DNA of 64,000 nucleotides from Bacteroidia bacterium (GTDB lineage: Bacteria; Bacteroidota; Bacteroidia; Palsa-965). The stretch is from assembly GCA_044448685.1 (NCBI GenBank), contig JBIOHC010000012.1, positions 15,077 to 79,076 on the forward strand, read 5' to 3'. The position numbers and the translations under genes are program-made. The notes below the pieces were generated by a model. It was not told the DNA's origin. It worked only from the letters and a program-made list of their open reading frames with translations, and ran no database searches. Below, piece after piece: positions 1-9,096 of the stretch (position 1 is its first letter; each line of letters begins with the position of its first letter).

Positions 1-175
1 TGACCGATGCAGTAACAACAACCCTTTTACAATGACGATGGGCAGAAATAGCCGATACCATGTCCATCCAGTGCAGCAGCCGTCCTCCCATAAGGTTTCC
101 GAGGGTATTGGTATCGTTCGGTAATACGATTTCTGTTGTTACGGTAAGGGTTTCCCTGGCAGTTCTGGTTTTCAT
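1..175 (-). CDS. Acyl-CoA thioesterase (hot-dog fold, YciA-like), runs off the left window edge
   Basis: Own translation from ATG at 175: MKTRTARETLTVTTEIVLPNDTNTLGNLMGGRLLHWMDMVSAISAHRHCKRVVVTASV. Carries the PNDTN..GNL.GG.LL.WMD motif. Not in the ORF track because it is truncated. Confidence 0.88.
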   Translation of the reverse strand, partial: MKTRTARETLTVTTEIVLPNDTNTLGNLMGGRLLHWMDMVSAISAHRHCKRVVVTASV

Positions 176-190
176 AATAAAGGATTTGCG

Positions 191-198
191 CAAAGATA
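191..198 (-). promoter_or_regulatory. Bacteroidota -7 promoter box TATCTTTG for the thioesterase gene
   Basis: caaagata on the + strand is TATCTTTG on the - strand, 15 nt upstream of the ATG. Matches TAnnTTTG. Confidence 0.6.
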
Positions 199-255
199 AC
201 TAACTTGCGCCCTGTAGTCTTCAGGTTGAAGGAATAAATTCTTAAACACTGCCCT

Positions 256-831
256 ATGCAATATATCCTGGCCTTACATATCATTTTTATCGTGACCTGG
301 TTTGCAGGGCTGTTCTATATCATCCGTCTGTTTATCTATATGACAGAAGCCAATGACAAGTCTGAGCCTGATAAAGGAATTCTTCAGACTCAGTATAAGA
401 TTATGATGCGCCGGCTTTGGTATGGTATTACCTGGCCATCGGCAGTGGCTACCTTTATATTCGGACCCTGGTTATTGTTTGTATATGTTCCCGGGTTTAT
501 GAAAGAAGCATTTTTTATTCTTAAGCTCTGTTTTGTTTTCGGGCTGGCCATCTATCATATGCAATGTCATTTGATATTCAAGCAGCTTCAGGCAGGTACC
601 TTCCGGCATTCATCCATGTGGCTGAGAGGATTCAATGAAGTTGCTTCTGTAATTCTGGTAGCGATTGTATTTATCATCGAACTCAAGAGCAACCAGAATG
701 GGATGTGGATGGCTGTAGGGCTGGTACTTTTTGCTGCAGCCTTGTATATAGGCATGCAGCTCTATAAAAAGAGCCGTTTAAAAGGGGAAGAAGAAGAGAA
801 GAAGATTCCGGAAAAAAAGGAAGAGCACTGA
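256..831 (+). CDS. hemJ: Protoporphyrinogen IX oxidase HemJ (CopD/UPF0093 family)
   Basis: ALHIIFIVTWFAGLFYIIRLFIY, RRLWYGITWP, LKL and RGFNEV motifs; several TM helices. Confidence 0.85.
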   Translation: MQYILALHIIFIVTWFAGLFYIIRLFIYMTEANDKSEPDKGILQTQYKIMMRRLWYGITWPSAVATFIFGPWLLFVYVPGFMKEAFFILKLCFVFGLAIYHMQCHLIFKQLQAGTFRHSSMWLRGFNEVASVILVAIVFIIELKSNQNGMWMAVGLVLFAAALYIGMQLYKKSRLKGEEEEKKIPEKKEEH

Positions 832-834
832 ATC

Positions 835-1914
835 TTACTGAACAAGCAGCCAGGCTTCCTTATTGGAGGCTTTTACTTTGGCAAGCATTTGCAGTGCTTC
901 GCTGTAAGAAGCATAGGTTCCATAGCAAACAGGACGTAAAGAGCTGCGGTTGGTTTGAAGGATGAAGGCATTGTATCCCTCTCCTTTAAGCTGATCTACA
1001 AAATGATCGGCATTTTCAGGCACTGCAAAACAACCTCCTATAACATTGTATTTTTCACCATTTGAAAAACGGGATGTAACAGACTTAACTTTTTGTTCTG
1101 TCGCATTCTCCACCTTGGTTGATTCCGGAGGAGCAACATCTTTGAGTTTGACAGTCAATGGCTGGCTTTCCTTATTCAGGAAGGACAGATGCATATAAGC
1201 ACTGGTATCGGGAATAACGATGTTTTCGGTTTTCAGATCTTTTTCAGAAAATGAAAAGGTGGCAAAATTCCGTTCCGAATAGGTTCCCGCTTCCTTTTTA
1301 CTGAAGGGGTTCAGATCGGCATAATTGAAATTTTTGAGCAGATCGGTCTTGAGCGGTATCCAGACCAGGGCTGCCAGCATTCCGGCGCTTAAGGTGAGAA
1401 TAGCAATTTTACGGATACTGACTCTCTTTTTCATTTCGGCAGGAACGACATCCCTGTCTTTGGGCATCTTTTCCAGACGTTTTACGATACCATCTCTTTT
1501 GATAGCCGGACTTTGAATTGTCGTGAAACCGAAAGAGCCGAGGAAGAAATTAATGCTTTCATCGGCCTGGAACTGAATATTTTTTTCAATATCGGGGAAA
1601 AGACTTCCTATATCTTTCAGGAGCAGCTTCTTGCCGCTGCCAAGCAGGGCATTGCAGCCGGCGGCAAATTCCTGGATTTTAAGATTCGCTTCGGCATAGC
1701 TTAGGTTTTCCTGACCGGAAACATAGTTGGCCAGAAGACCATCATTATTTTTCAGACTTCGGTTGAAAACCAGGCTCTTGGAAGGAGGAGTAAAGGTATG
1801 CTGGGTAGGATGAACCTGAGCAGGTGCATAATTGGCAACAAAACCTCCAAAACCGGGTATAATGACACAGTCGTGGCGGTATAATAACTCAGCTATATAG
1901 TGTTCCATACCCAT
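835..1914 (-). CDS. HU/CCDC81-like N-terminal domain + TM + SPOR domain protein
   Basis: N-terminal YIAELLYRHDCVIIPGFGGFV and NNDGLLAN; central TM (IAILTLSAGMLAALVWI); C-terminal SPOR (YNVIGGCFAVPENA...EAWLL). Start may be 1908. Confidence 0.8.
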   Translation of the reverse strand: MGMEHYIAELLYRHDCVIIPGFGGFVANYAPAQVHPTQHTFTPPSKSLVFNRSLKNNDGLLANYVSGQENLSYAEANLKIQEFAAGCNALLGSGKKLLLKDIGSLFPDIEKNIQFQADESINFFLGSFGFTTIQSPAIKRDGIVKRLEKMPKDRDVVPAEMKKRVSIRKIAILTLSAGMLAALVWIPLKTDLLKNFNYADLNPFSKKEAGTYSERNFATFSFSEKDLKTENIVIPDTSAYMHLSFLNKESQPLTVKLKDVAPPESTKVENATEQKVKSVTSRFSNGEKYNVIGGCFAVPENADHFVDQLKGEGYNAFILQTNRSSLRPVCYGTYASYSEALQMLAKVKASNKEAWLLVQ

Positions 1915-1998
1915 CGGTGTAAAATTAGGAAAATGCAGGGAGATAATCCCGGAACAGAGGATTAAAATTTATGACCTGTAAAAATCCTTTGAAAACCG

Positions 1999-2006
1999 TA
2001 CTTTTG
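1999..2006 (+). promoter_or_regulatory. -7 promoter box TACTTTTG
   Basis: Matches TAnnTTTG. Implies the downstream gene starts at TTG 2022 rather than ATG 1971. Confidence 0.5.
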
Positions 2007-2021
2007 CTTATTCATATCACC

Positions 2022-2882
2022 TTGAAAAACAGTATCTCACTTATTTTTCTTGCGGCAGGAATCATTCTTTCCTGCTCATTCCGTGCCTTTTATCATCCCC
2101 AGGTTCAGGAAACAGTGGATGCCCGTTCGATTATTAATAACATGAATAAGTCGGCTGCAGCTATCACCACCCTTTCCTTTAACCTGAAGATACAGGAAAA
2201 GGTCAATGGCAAATTCCGTAACTCCCTTTCCTTCGTTAAGCTGCAAAGAGTACCCCGCAAGGTGTATATGAAACTCAATGGTCCGGAGATACTCTATGTG
2301 CAAGGCACGAATGACGGAAAGGTGCTTGTTAACCCGGCCGGATTTCCCTATATAAACCTGAATCTGGATATAAACAGTTCAACCTTACATAAGGACCAGC
2401 ACCATACAGTGAGTGAAGTGGGATATGATTTTCTGGTGGATATACTCAAAGATGCCGTTCAGCGCTGCGGAACAAAGTTCGACGACTATTTTAAATATGA
2501 AGGGGAGATACTCTGGAATACTATTCCCTGTTATTCGATCAAGGTTACGGATCTGGATTATAAATTCGCTACCTATACTGTCGGCAAAGGAGAAACGCTG
2601 ATCAGTATTGCACGCAAACTCAAACTAAGTGAGTTTAAACTGGGTGAGCTGAATAAGATAAGTGATTATGGATCGGTACGGGAAGGCAAGGTGCTTATTG
2701 TACCAAGCTCTTATGCGCGAATGACAGAGCTGATCATTGATAAAAAAACCGGTCTGCCTTTAAGTACCAAAGTATATGACAACAATGGCCTGTTCGAGGC
2801 CTATGAATACATTAATCTGAAAGTGAACCCGGTGTTCGCTGCGGATGAATTCTCCAAAGATTTCAAAGGCTACGGGTTTTAG
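2022..2882 (+). CDS. Exported DUF1571/LolA-like protein with an inserted LysM domain
   Basis: Signal-peptide-like N-terminus; GPEILYVQGTNDGKVLVNP and IIDKKTGLP..YEY segments; LysM YTVGKGETLISIARKLKLS...VREGKVLIVP. ORF track start is 1971. Confidence 0.65.
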   Translation: MKNSISLIFLAAGIILSCSFRAFYHPQVQETVDARSIINNMNKSAAAITTLSFNLKIQEKVNGKFRNSLSFVKLQRVPRKVYMKLNGPEILYVQGTNDGKVLVNPAGFPYINLNLDINSSTLHKDQHHTVSEVGYDFLVDILKDAVQRCGTKFDDYFKYEGEILWNTIPCYSIKVTDLDYKFATYTVGKGETLISIARKLKLSEFKLGELNKISDYGSVREGKVLIVPSSYARMTELIIDKKTGLPLSTKVYDNNGLFEAYEYINLKVNPVFAADEFSKDFKGYGF

Positions 2883-5185
2883 AATTTCAGACTTACCTGG
2901 AATGCAAAATTACGCGGAGGTTGTACATTGGCAGGTCTGTCTGTTGTTTCCACATTGAACATATTATTCGTGATGAGACTTACCTTGACTCTTTTATTGA
3001 CCTGATAGGAAATCCGGTTGTCGAAAACAAGATCTCCGTTCGGGAAACGTTTTCGGTAAGCAGCTATGCCCGGCAATACGGAGGAGAAGAAGGGATCAAC
3101 AAAGAATCTGTCAATGTTTTCCATAAAGCTGTTATAGCGCATACTTACCCCGACGGTGAATTTTTTATAGCTCAGCTCCACATCTGTCTTGGCAATATGA
3201 CGGTACCTGTATTTCAGGATATTTTCTTTTGAAGAGTTTTTGTTGGTATCAACAGCTGCAACATAATCAAGGCTTACCGGATTCATATAGGTATATCCGG
3301 CCATGAGTCTGACACCTACCTGTCCTATCTTTCCTTCTCCTTCGAGCGATACATCCACTCCTGAAATCTCGGTACGGCCTATGTTCTGTGATTTAAAACC
3401 GATTCCAAAGAACGGATCTGTACCTGGATTACCCCATTGCCCCATGGTGAATTCCATCATGTCCCGGTATTGCATATCGAATACGGCCACATCCAGAAAC
3501 CCCCGGAATCCTAATACTTTAAAACCCTGTTTGATGCCCAGCTCAACACTATATCCTTCTTCCGGTTTCAGCTGGTTATTGGGATAGATTTCCAGTCCGC
3601 TGACAGACGTCTTGATATATTTTTCGGCTACCGAAGGAAAGCGGTAACCCTGTCCGAACGAAGTCCGGATAAAGGTAGCCTTGGCCAGCTGATAGCTGAG
3701 TCCGGCCCTCATCACGGGTTGTACAGGTACCGGTTTTTTACGAAGGGTGTCATTCCCCGCCTTGAGATAAAATTTAGTCTGGCTCGTATCCAGGAGGAAT
3801 GATTCACCCCGTATGCCAAAAGAGGCATTCAGTTTTTTGAAAAACTGTTTGTCGAGCTGGAGGTAGGCTGCTTTATTTGAAGAGTTGTGCGGACCGTAAA
3901 GCTGTGAAGTGATTTTGGAATAGGTAACCGTGGCACCGGTGGTGAGGGTAATACCGTTTTCAAAATGTTTCTGGTACTGGTATTCGGCAAAATATAAACC
4001 TCCGTATGAGCTCTGATGCGTATCATTCGTATTGAGGGTATAGAAATAACGGGTACGCAAACTGTGTTTGCCACCTTTACGTGCATAATACGTAATGAAA
4101 GGGTCTACATTATACCGTACATTGTCGTAGTGCTGGGAAGCCCCGCCAATAGGCAGTAAAGCACCTGAGCCACCGTTGGCCCAAAGCAGAAAATTGCCTC
4201 CGGTAACATCCATATAATTGAAATTGACTCCCACACTTAAGCCTACAATATGTTTAAAACGGTAGCGGGTGTTGATATTGAAGCGGTAACGTTTTTCAAC
4301 TTCATCAAAGCGGTAGCCGTCATTGTCGAAGAGGCAGCCTCCTATGGTGAGGTCAAAATTTTTGATCTGCCGGGAATGAAAGAAATTGGTTCCTTTAAAC
4401 AGGGGGTGGTTCTTGCCCCACCATACCAGCTCCGGACGTTCGGGAGTATCATAAATACCTGAAAACATGACAATAGATGACCGGGGTGTGGATGTAGGGT
4501 ATCCGGTATGCACATTGATAACTCCGTTCAGGGCTGATGAACCGAAGAGGGCAGAGGAAGCACCTTTAAGAATTTCTATTTGCTGCAGGTTTTCAATAGG
4601 AAGGTAATTCCATTTTACATCGCCTGCATCGGCAGACAGCAGGGGCATATCATCCACCAGCAGGAGCACACGGCTTCCTCCTCCGTAACTATACCCGCTT
4701 CCTCCGCGTATATTAGCCTGCCCGTCGATCATAGCCACACCCGGAACCTGATTGATAATCTGATCCATAGAGGTTGTATTCTTGCTTTCAACCAGTTTGG
4801 GGCTGATGACTTCAATGGATATGGTCACATCTTCCAGTTTCTGTTCGAACTTGCCTGCCGATACCACTACAGTTTCGAGTGCCTGCATATTAGCCGACAG
4901 TTCCATATTGAGAATCAGTGAGTCACCGGTTTTCAGGTCTATATCCCTCACACCTGCATTATAGGCCATCATCCGGAATTCCATCCGGTGTTTACCTTCC
5001 GGAAGACGGAGCGAATAGTTACCATGAAGGTCTGTTATCCCGCTGACTTTTGAATCGGCAATAACCGTTACACCTATGAGTTCATCGCCGTTTTGCTTGT
5101 CTGTAATCTTCCCTTTTACAAGTACCTGGGCACTTAAAAAAGTGTTTGTGATTGAAAAGAATAGGAATGAAATAAAATTTCGCAT
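2879..5185 (-). CDS. TonB-dependent outer-membrane receptor with N-terminal CarboxypepD_reg-like domain
   Basis: Signal peptide MRNFISFLFFS; KGKITDKQNGDELIGVTV; plug motif IEILKGASSALFGSSALNGVIN; C-terminal Phe. Start moved to ATG 5185. Confidence 0.9.
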   Translation of the reverse strand: MRNFISFLFFSITNTFLSAQVLVKGKITDKQNGDELIGVTVIADSKVSGITDLHGNYSLRLPEGKHRMEFRMMAYNAGVRDIDLKTGDSLILNMELSANMQALETVVVSAGKFEQKLEDVTISIEVISPKLVESKNTTSMDQIINQVPGVAMIDGQANIRGGSGYSYGGGSRVLLLVDDMPLLSADAGDVKWNYLPIENLQQIEILKGASSALFGSSALNGVINVHTGYPTSTPRSSIVMFSGIYDTPERPELVWWGKNHPLFKGTNFFHSRQIKNFDLTIGGCLFDNDGYRFDEVEKRYRFNINTRYRFKHIVGLSVGVNFNYMDVTGGNFLLWANGGSGALLPIGGASQHYDNVRYNVDPFITYYARKGGKHSLRTRYFYTLNTNDTHQSSYGGLYFAEYQYQKHFENGITLTTGATVTYSKITSQLYGPHNSSNKAAYLQLDKQFFKKLNASFGIRGESFLLDTSQTKFYLKAGNDTLRKKPVPVQPVMRAGLSYQLAKATFIRTSFGQGYRFPSVAEKYIKTSVSGLEIYPNNQLKPEEGYSVELGIKQGFKVLGFRGFLDVAVFDMQYRDMMEFTMGQWGNPGTDPFFGIGFKSQNIGRTEISGVDVSLEGEGKIGQVGVRLMAGYTYMNPVSLDYVAAVDTNKNSSKENILKYRYRHIAKTDVELSYKKFTVGVSMRYNSFMENIDRFFVDPFFSSVLPGIAAYRKRFPNGDLVFDNRISYQVNKRVKVSLITNNMFNVETTDRPANVQPPRNFAFQVSLKF

Positions 5186-5252
5186 GAACCTCCCCGATTT
5201 TATATTTGATCTATGATTGCGTTGGTTGAACAATATACAAAGAAAACATTCC

Positions 5253-6356
5253 ATGGAGAAGCAGGAAGAATTATTTTATAGAATTGCCCTCACACTTTTA
5301 CCGGGTATTGGCGATATAACAGCTAAAAAACTACTCGCACATTACGGAAGTGCAGCTGAAATATTCCGTTCCAAAAAAGAAGAGCTGAGAAAAGTGCATG
5401 GTATAGGAGCCCGCCATGCCAAAGCGATTATAAACCATACTGTATTTCAAAGAGCTGAAATGGAATTGCGTTTTGTTGAGGCAGAAGGTATTCAGACATT
5501 TTTTTATCAGGATGAAAATTATCCGGAAAGGCTGAAACAATGTGCCGACGGTCCTTTATTAATATATTATAAAGGAACGGCAAATCCTGATCAGCAAAAA
5601 GTACTCAGCATTGTAGGTACACGCAAAGCAACAAGTTATGGGGTGGATCGTTGCAATGAACTCATCCGTGATCTGGCTGAATGGAATCCGCTTATTGTAA
5701 GCGGTCTTGCATACGGTATAGACATCTGTGCTCACAGAGCCTGCATGGCATATAAAATGGAGACTATTGCTGTGCTGGCTCACGGGCTGGATTCTGTCTA
5801 TCCCGTATTGCACCGCTCGGCAGCCGAAAGGATCAAGGAACTGGGAGGACTGTTATGTGATTATCCAAGTGGTACAAAGGCCGAAATGGAGAATTTCCCC
5901 CGGCGTAACCGTATTGTAGCCGGTTTATGTGATGCCCTGATTGTTATTGAGTCGGCCCCCGACGGTGGTTCTATGATCACTGCTGATATTGCCAATTCAT
6001 ATGACAGGGAAGTTTTTGCCTTCCCCGGAAGAACTACCGATACGCTTTCACTCGGGTGTCATAAACTCATCAAACAAAACAAGGCAGCTTTGATTGAAAA
6101 TGCTGCCGATCTGGTTCGTATGCTGAGCTGGGATGTGGTAAGGAAGGCCAGGCCTGTGCAGCAGGAATTATTCACTGCTTTAGGGCCGGAAGAAAAACAG
6201 ATTGCAGAAGTAATGCGGATGAAAGGGGAACTGCATATAGATACGTTGAGCGTATTGACATCCATTCCAATGAGCAGAATTTCTTCACTCCTGCTCCATA
6301 TGGAGTTTGCCGGAGCTTTGCGTTCCCTGCCCGGAAAAAGGTACAGACTCAACTGA
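5253..6356 (+). CDS. dprA: DNA-processing protein DprA
   Basis: SIVGTRKAT, IVSGLAYGID, FPRRNRIVAG, GGSMITA motifs; C-terminal winged helix. Start at ATG 5253. Confidence 0.95.
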   Translation: MEKQEELFYRIALTLLPGIGDITAKKLLAHYGSAAEIFRSKKEELRKVHGIGARHAKAIINHTVFQRAEMELRFVEAEGIQTFFYQDENYPERLKQCADGPLLIYYKGTANPDQQKVLSIVGTRKATSYGVDRCNELIRDLAEWNPLIVSGLAYGIDICAHRACMAYKMETIAVLAHGLDSVYPVLHRSAAERIKELGGLLCDYPSGTKAEMENFPRRNRIVAGLCDALIVIESAPDGGSMITADIANSYDREVFAFPGRTTDTLSLGCHKLIKQNKAALIENAADLVRMLSWDVVRKARPVQQELFTALGPEEKQIAEVMRMKGELHIDTLSVLTSIPMSRISSLLLHMEFAGALRSLPGKRYRLN

Positions 6357-6398
6357 ATGGCACGAACTCAAAACATGATTTTTTTCATGCAGAATGTG

Positions 6399-6406
6399 TA
6401 TTTTCG
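6399..6406 (+). promoter_or_regulatory. Putative -7 box TATTTTCG upstream of kbl
   Basis: One mismatch to TAnnTTTG, 51 nt upstream of the kbl ATG. Confidence 0.4.
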
Positions 6407-6455
6407 TAAATCTTAAATCAAAAATCTTAATTCTTAAATCATAATTCATAAATCC
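6407..6455 (+). repeat. Degenerate heptamer tandem array (TAAATCH) x7
   Basis: taaatct taaatca aaaatct taattct taaatca taattca taaatcc, immediately before the kbl ATG. Confidence 0.85.
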
Positions 6456-6457
6456 CC

Positions 6458-7648
6458 ATGTACGGAAATTATAAGGAATTCCTGAATACTGAATTGAAAT
6501 CCATTGAACAGAACGGATTGTTCAAGAACGAACGTATTATTACAACCCCTCAGGGAGCTGTCGTTAAGGTAAGTACAGGGGAAGAGGTCATTATTTTCTG
6601 TGCCAATAATTACCTGGGGCTTTCTTCCCATCCCCGTGTTATTAAAGCGGCCCATCAGGCGCTGGATGAATACGGGTATGGTATGTCGTCGGTCCGTTTT
6701 ATATGCGGCACACAGACGATACATAAAACCCTGGAAGATAAGATATCGAAATTCCTGGGTCAGGAAGATACCATCCTGTATGCTGCCTGTTTTGATGCCA
6801 ACGGAGGTGTATTCGAGCCTTTATTGGGTGAAGAGGATGCCATTATTTCGGATGAACTCAACCATGCTTCTATTATTGACGGGGTTCGTTTATGCAAGGC
6901 TCAGCGTTACCGCTATAAAAACAGTGATATGGCTGATCTGGAAGAGCAGCTTAAAAAGGCCCAGGCACAGCGTTTCCGTATGATTGTTACAGACGGGGTC
7001 TTTTCTATGGATGGTTATGTAGCCCCCCTGGATAAGATTTGTGACCTGGCTGATAAATACAATGCGCTGGTGATGGTTGATGAGAGCCATGCATCGGGCT
7101 TTATAGGGAAAACAGGCAGGGGAACCATAGAGTTAAAAGGTGTAATGAACCGGGTGGATCTCGTTACAGGCACTCTGGGCAAGGCACTGGGAGGGGCTAT
7201 GGGAGGTTTTACTGCGGGTAAGAAGGAAATTATCAGTCTGCTGCGCCAGCGTTCCCGACCTTATCTTTTTTCGAATTCACTCGCACCGCATATCGTGGGT
7301 GCTTCCATAGAAGTATTCGATATGCTGAGTGAAACTACTAGCTTAAGGGACAAGCTGGACTGGAATATACAATACTTTAAAAAGGGTATCAAAGCTGCCG
7401 GGCTTGAAATACGCGACGGGGATTCGGCTATTGTACCGGTAATGCTGTATGATGCTAAACTTTCCCAGGTATTTGCCGATAAGCTATTGAAGGAAGGAAT
7501 TTATGTGATCGGTTTCTTTTATCCTGTAGTGCCCAAAGGTCAGGCAAGGATAAGGGTACAGCTGAGTGCAGCCCATGAAAAAGAGCATCTGGATAAGGCT
7601 ATTGCAGCTTTTTCTAAGGTAGGAAAGGAATTGGGGGTGATTAAATAG
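6458..7648 (+). CDS. kbl: Glycine C-acetyltransferase (2-amino-3-ketobutyrate CoA ligase)
   Basis: [22 protein letters not shown]-lysine motif [28 protein letters not shown]. Confidence 0.96.
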   Translation: MYGNYKEFLNTELKSIEQNGLFKNERIITTPQGAVVKVSTGEEVIIFCANNYLGLSSHPRVIKAAHQALDEYGYGMSSVRFICGTQTIHKTLEDKISKFLGQEDTILYAACFDANGGVFEPLLGEEDAIISDELNHASIIDGVRLCKAQRYRYKNSDMADLEEQLKKAQAQRFRMIVTDGVFSMDGYVAPLDKICDLADKYNALVMVDESHASGFIGKTGRGTIELKGVMNRVDLVTGTLGKALGGAMGGFTAGKKEIISLLRQRSRPYLFSNSLAPHIVGASIEVFDMLSETTSLRDKLDWNIQYFKKGIKAAGLEIRDGDSAIVPVMLYDAKLSQVFADKLLKEGIYVIGFFYPVVPKGQARIRVQLSAAHEKEHLDKAIAAFSKVGKELGVIK

Positions 7649-7789
7649 GCAGAGTGGTTCGACTTATTACCCTGAGTAATCTTTAAAATATTGTTTTTCA
7701 ACAGGATAACAGGGTAATTTACCCTCATTCATTTCACCGGACAATATAATTTTTGCCAGATTATGGTTTGAGAAGGAGTAGAATAGGTT

Positions 7790-8035
7790 GCAAATTTGTA
7801 CAGATAACAATTAGCGGCTCTTCGTTCTTTCCCTTATACACCTGCGAGACTGATGCAATCAGGACGGAGCTCAGAAATCCGTCCGGCAGGTGTTCTGTAA
7901 ATGTTGGTAATGCTGATATCCTGCCTTTCTCACTGATTAATGCATCCCTAAAGCTGAATAATTCGTCTTTCCGGTTTCTGACATCGCCGGAATGATTATC
8001 CAAAAAGCCCCCTCTTCCTTGCAGGGGGCTTTTTT
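7790..8035 (+). ncRNA. Candidate structured small RNA of unknown family; 5' end uncertain
   Basis: No credible ORF. Nested stems acacctgc/gcaggtgt enclosing ctgat/atcag and ggacgga/tccgtcc, a further hairpin ttccggt/gccggaa, and a strong terminator at the end. Confidence 0.4.
8002..8035 (+). terminator. Intrinsic terminator (A-tract and T-tract flanks, possibly bidirectional)
   Basis: aaaaagccccct-cttccttgc-agggggctttttt. Confidence 0.85.
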
Positions 8036-8046
8036 ATTGGGTGGTT

Positions 8047-8065
8047 CCTGAGCGTAGCCGAAGGG
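8047..8065. repeat. REP-like short palindromic element cctgagcgtagccgaaggg
   Basis: Resembles the CCTGAGCGTAGTCGAAGG-type intergenic repeat I recall from Bacteroidota genomes. Single copy in this window. Confidence 0.45.
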
Positions 8066-8122
8066 TGTTTTTCGTGAAACCGACGAAAACCCATGTGTTT
8101 TTAACTTTAATTTGTGGATAAA

Positions 8123-8154
8123 TTTGTTGATCTTCAAAATACTGTCTATCTTCG
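8123..8154 (+). promoter_or_regulatory. rplM operon promoter (-33 TTTG, -7 TATCTTCG)
   Basis: TTTG at 8123-8126, 20-nt spacer, TATCTTCG at 8147-8154; fits the Bacteroidota sigma-A layout. Confidence 0.65.
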
Positions 8155-8208
8155 CAACCCATTTTTAAGGGATTTGCTGAATTTTTAAACAATATAACTG
8201 ATTTTCAA

Positions 8209-8667
8209 GTGGATGCAATAAGCTATAAGACAGTTTCGCTCAATAAGGCAACTGTAAAAAAGGATTGGCTGATCATTGATGCAGAGAATGAAGTCGTTGG
8301 AAGACTTGCTTCCAAAGTGGCTTATCTGATCCGCGGTAAGCACAAGACAGGTTTCACCCCGAATGTGGATTGTGGTGATAATGTGATCATTATCAATGCA
8401 GAGAAGGTGAAATTCACCGGCAAAAAGATGGCCGAAAAAGTATATACCCGTTATACAGGATATCCCGGAGGACAGCGTTTTGCCACTCCAAAAGAACTCC
8501 TCTCCACACATCCGGAGCGGATTATAGAGCTTGCCGTAAAACGCATGCTTCCTAAAACCAAGCTGGGTCAGGCTTTGTATGGTAATCTGTGGGTATATCC
8601 CGGAACAGAGCATCCCCATACTGCACAGCAGCCCAAAGAAATTAAACTCAACACTGTTAAGGAATAA
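8209..8667 (+). CDS. rplM: 50S ribosomal protein L13
   Basis: GTG start; WLIIDAENEVVGRLAS, GKHKTGFTPNVDCGD, YTGYPGG. Confidence 0.98.
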   Translation: MDAISYKTVSLNKATVKKDWLIIDAENEVVGRLASKVAYLIRGKHKTGFTPNVDCGDNVIIINAEKVKFTGKKMAEKVYTRYTGYPGGQRFATPKELLSTHPERIIELAVKRMLPKTKLGQALYGNLWVYPGTEHPHTAQQPKEIKLNTVKE

Positions 8668-8670
8668 GGC

Positions 8671-9057
8671 ATGGAAATCACCAACACATTAGGCAGAAGA
8701 AAGACAGCTGTAGCCCGCGTCTACCTTCAGAACGGCAAAGGCCAGATCACCGTTAACGGACGGGATTACAAACAGTATTTCTCCGGAGGGGTGCTTCAGT
8801 ATAAAGTGACTCAGGCTTTCAGTATCCTTGGTATTGTTGATCAGTATGATGTTACTGTAACAGTTGCAGGAGGCGGAATTACCGGTCAGGCTGAATCTGT
8901 TCGTCTGGGTATTGCCCGTGCATTGATAGAACTCAATCCTGAATGCAAAAGCAAACTGCGTGCGGAAGGTCTGGTAACACGTGATCCCCGTATGGTGGAA
9001 CGTAAAAAGCCCGGCCAGAAAAAAGCCCGTAAACGCTTCCAGTTCAGCAAACGTTAA
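8671..9057 (+). CDS. rpsI: 30S ribosomal protein S9
   Basis: GRRKTAVARV, GGGITGQA, RDPRMVERKKPGQKKARKRFQFSKR. Confidence 0.98.
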   Translation: MEITNTLGRRKTAVARVYLQNGKGQITVNGRDYKQYFSGGVLQYKVTQAFSILGIVDQYDVTVTVAGGGITGQAESVRLGIARALIELNPECKSKLRAEGLVTRDPRMVERKKPGQKKARKRFQFSKR

Positions 9058-9062
9058 TATCC

Positions 9063-9096
9063 GGATTTGCTCCTGTTTGGAGCAGATCCTTTTTTT
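9063..9096 (+). terminator. Terminator-like hairpin between rpsI and rpsB
   Basis: ggatttgctcc-tgttt-ggagcagatcc followed by T7. Confidence 0.65.

Noticed and set aside
27-284. 85-aa minus-strand ORF from the track
   Set aside because: Wrong frame. The real gene is the thioesterase starting at 175 in another frame.
6358-6372. TGGCAC as a sigma-54 -24 box
   Set aside because: No TTGC -12 element at the required spacing.
6407-6455. Heptamer arrays as CRISPR
   Set aside because: Units are 7 nt with no spacers, and there are no cas genes.
7651-7670. GGTTCGACT as a tRNA fragment or att site (also GTTCGACT at 34554)
   Set aside because: No cloverleaf, acceptor stem, CCA end or nearby integrase.
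7850-7885. Hammerhead-ribozyme-like words CTGATG...GAAA...GTC
   Set aside because: The core reads CUGAUGC rather than CUGAUGA, and no stem III can form between GAAA and GUC.
7753-8003. 80-aa ORFs on both strands in the kbl-rplM gap
   Set aside because: No recognisable motifs, weak start context, and they overlap strong RNA stems and the terminator. An RNA explanation fits better, though a small protein is not excluded.
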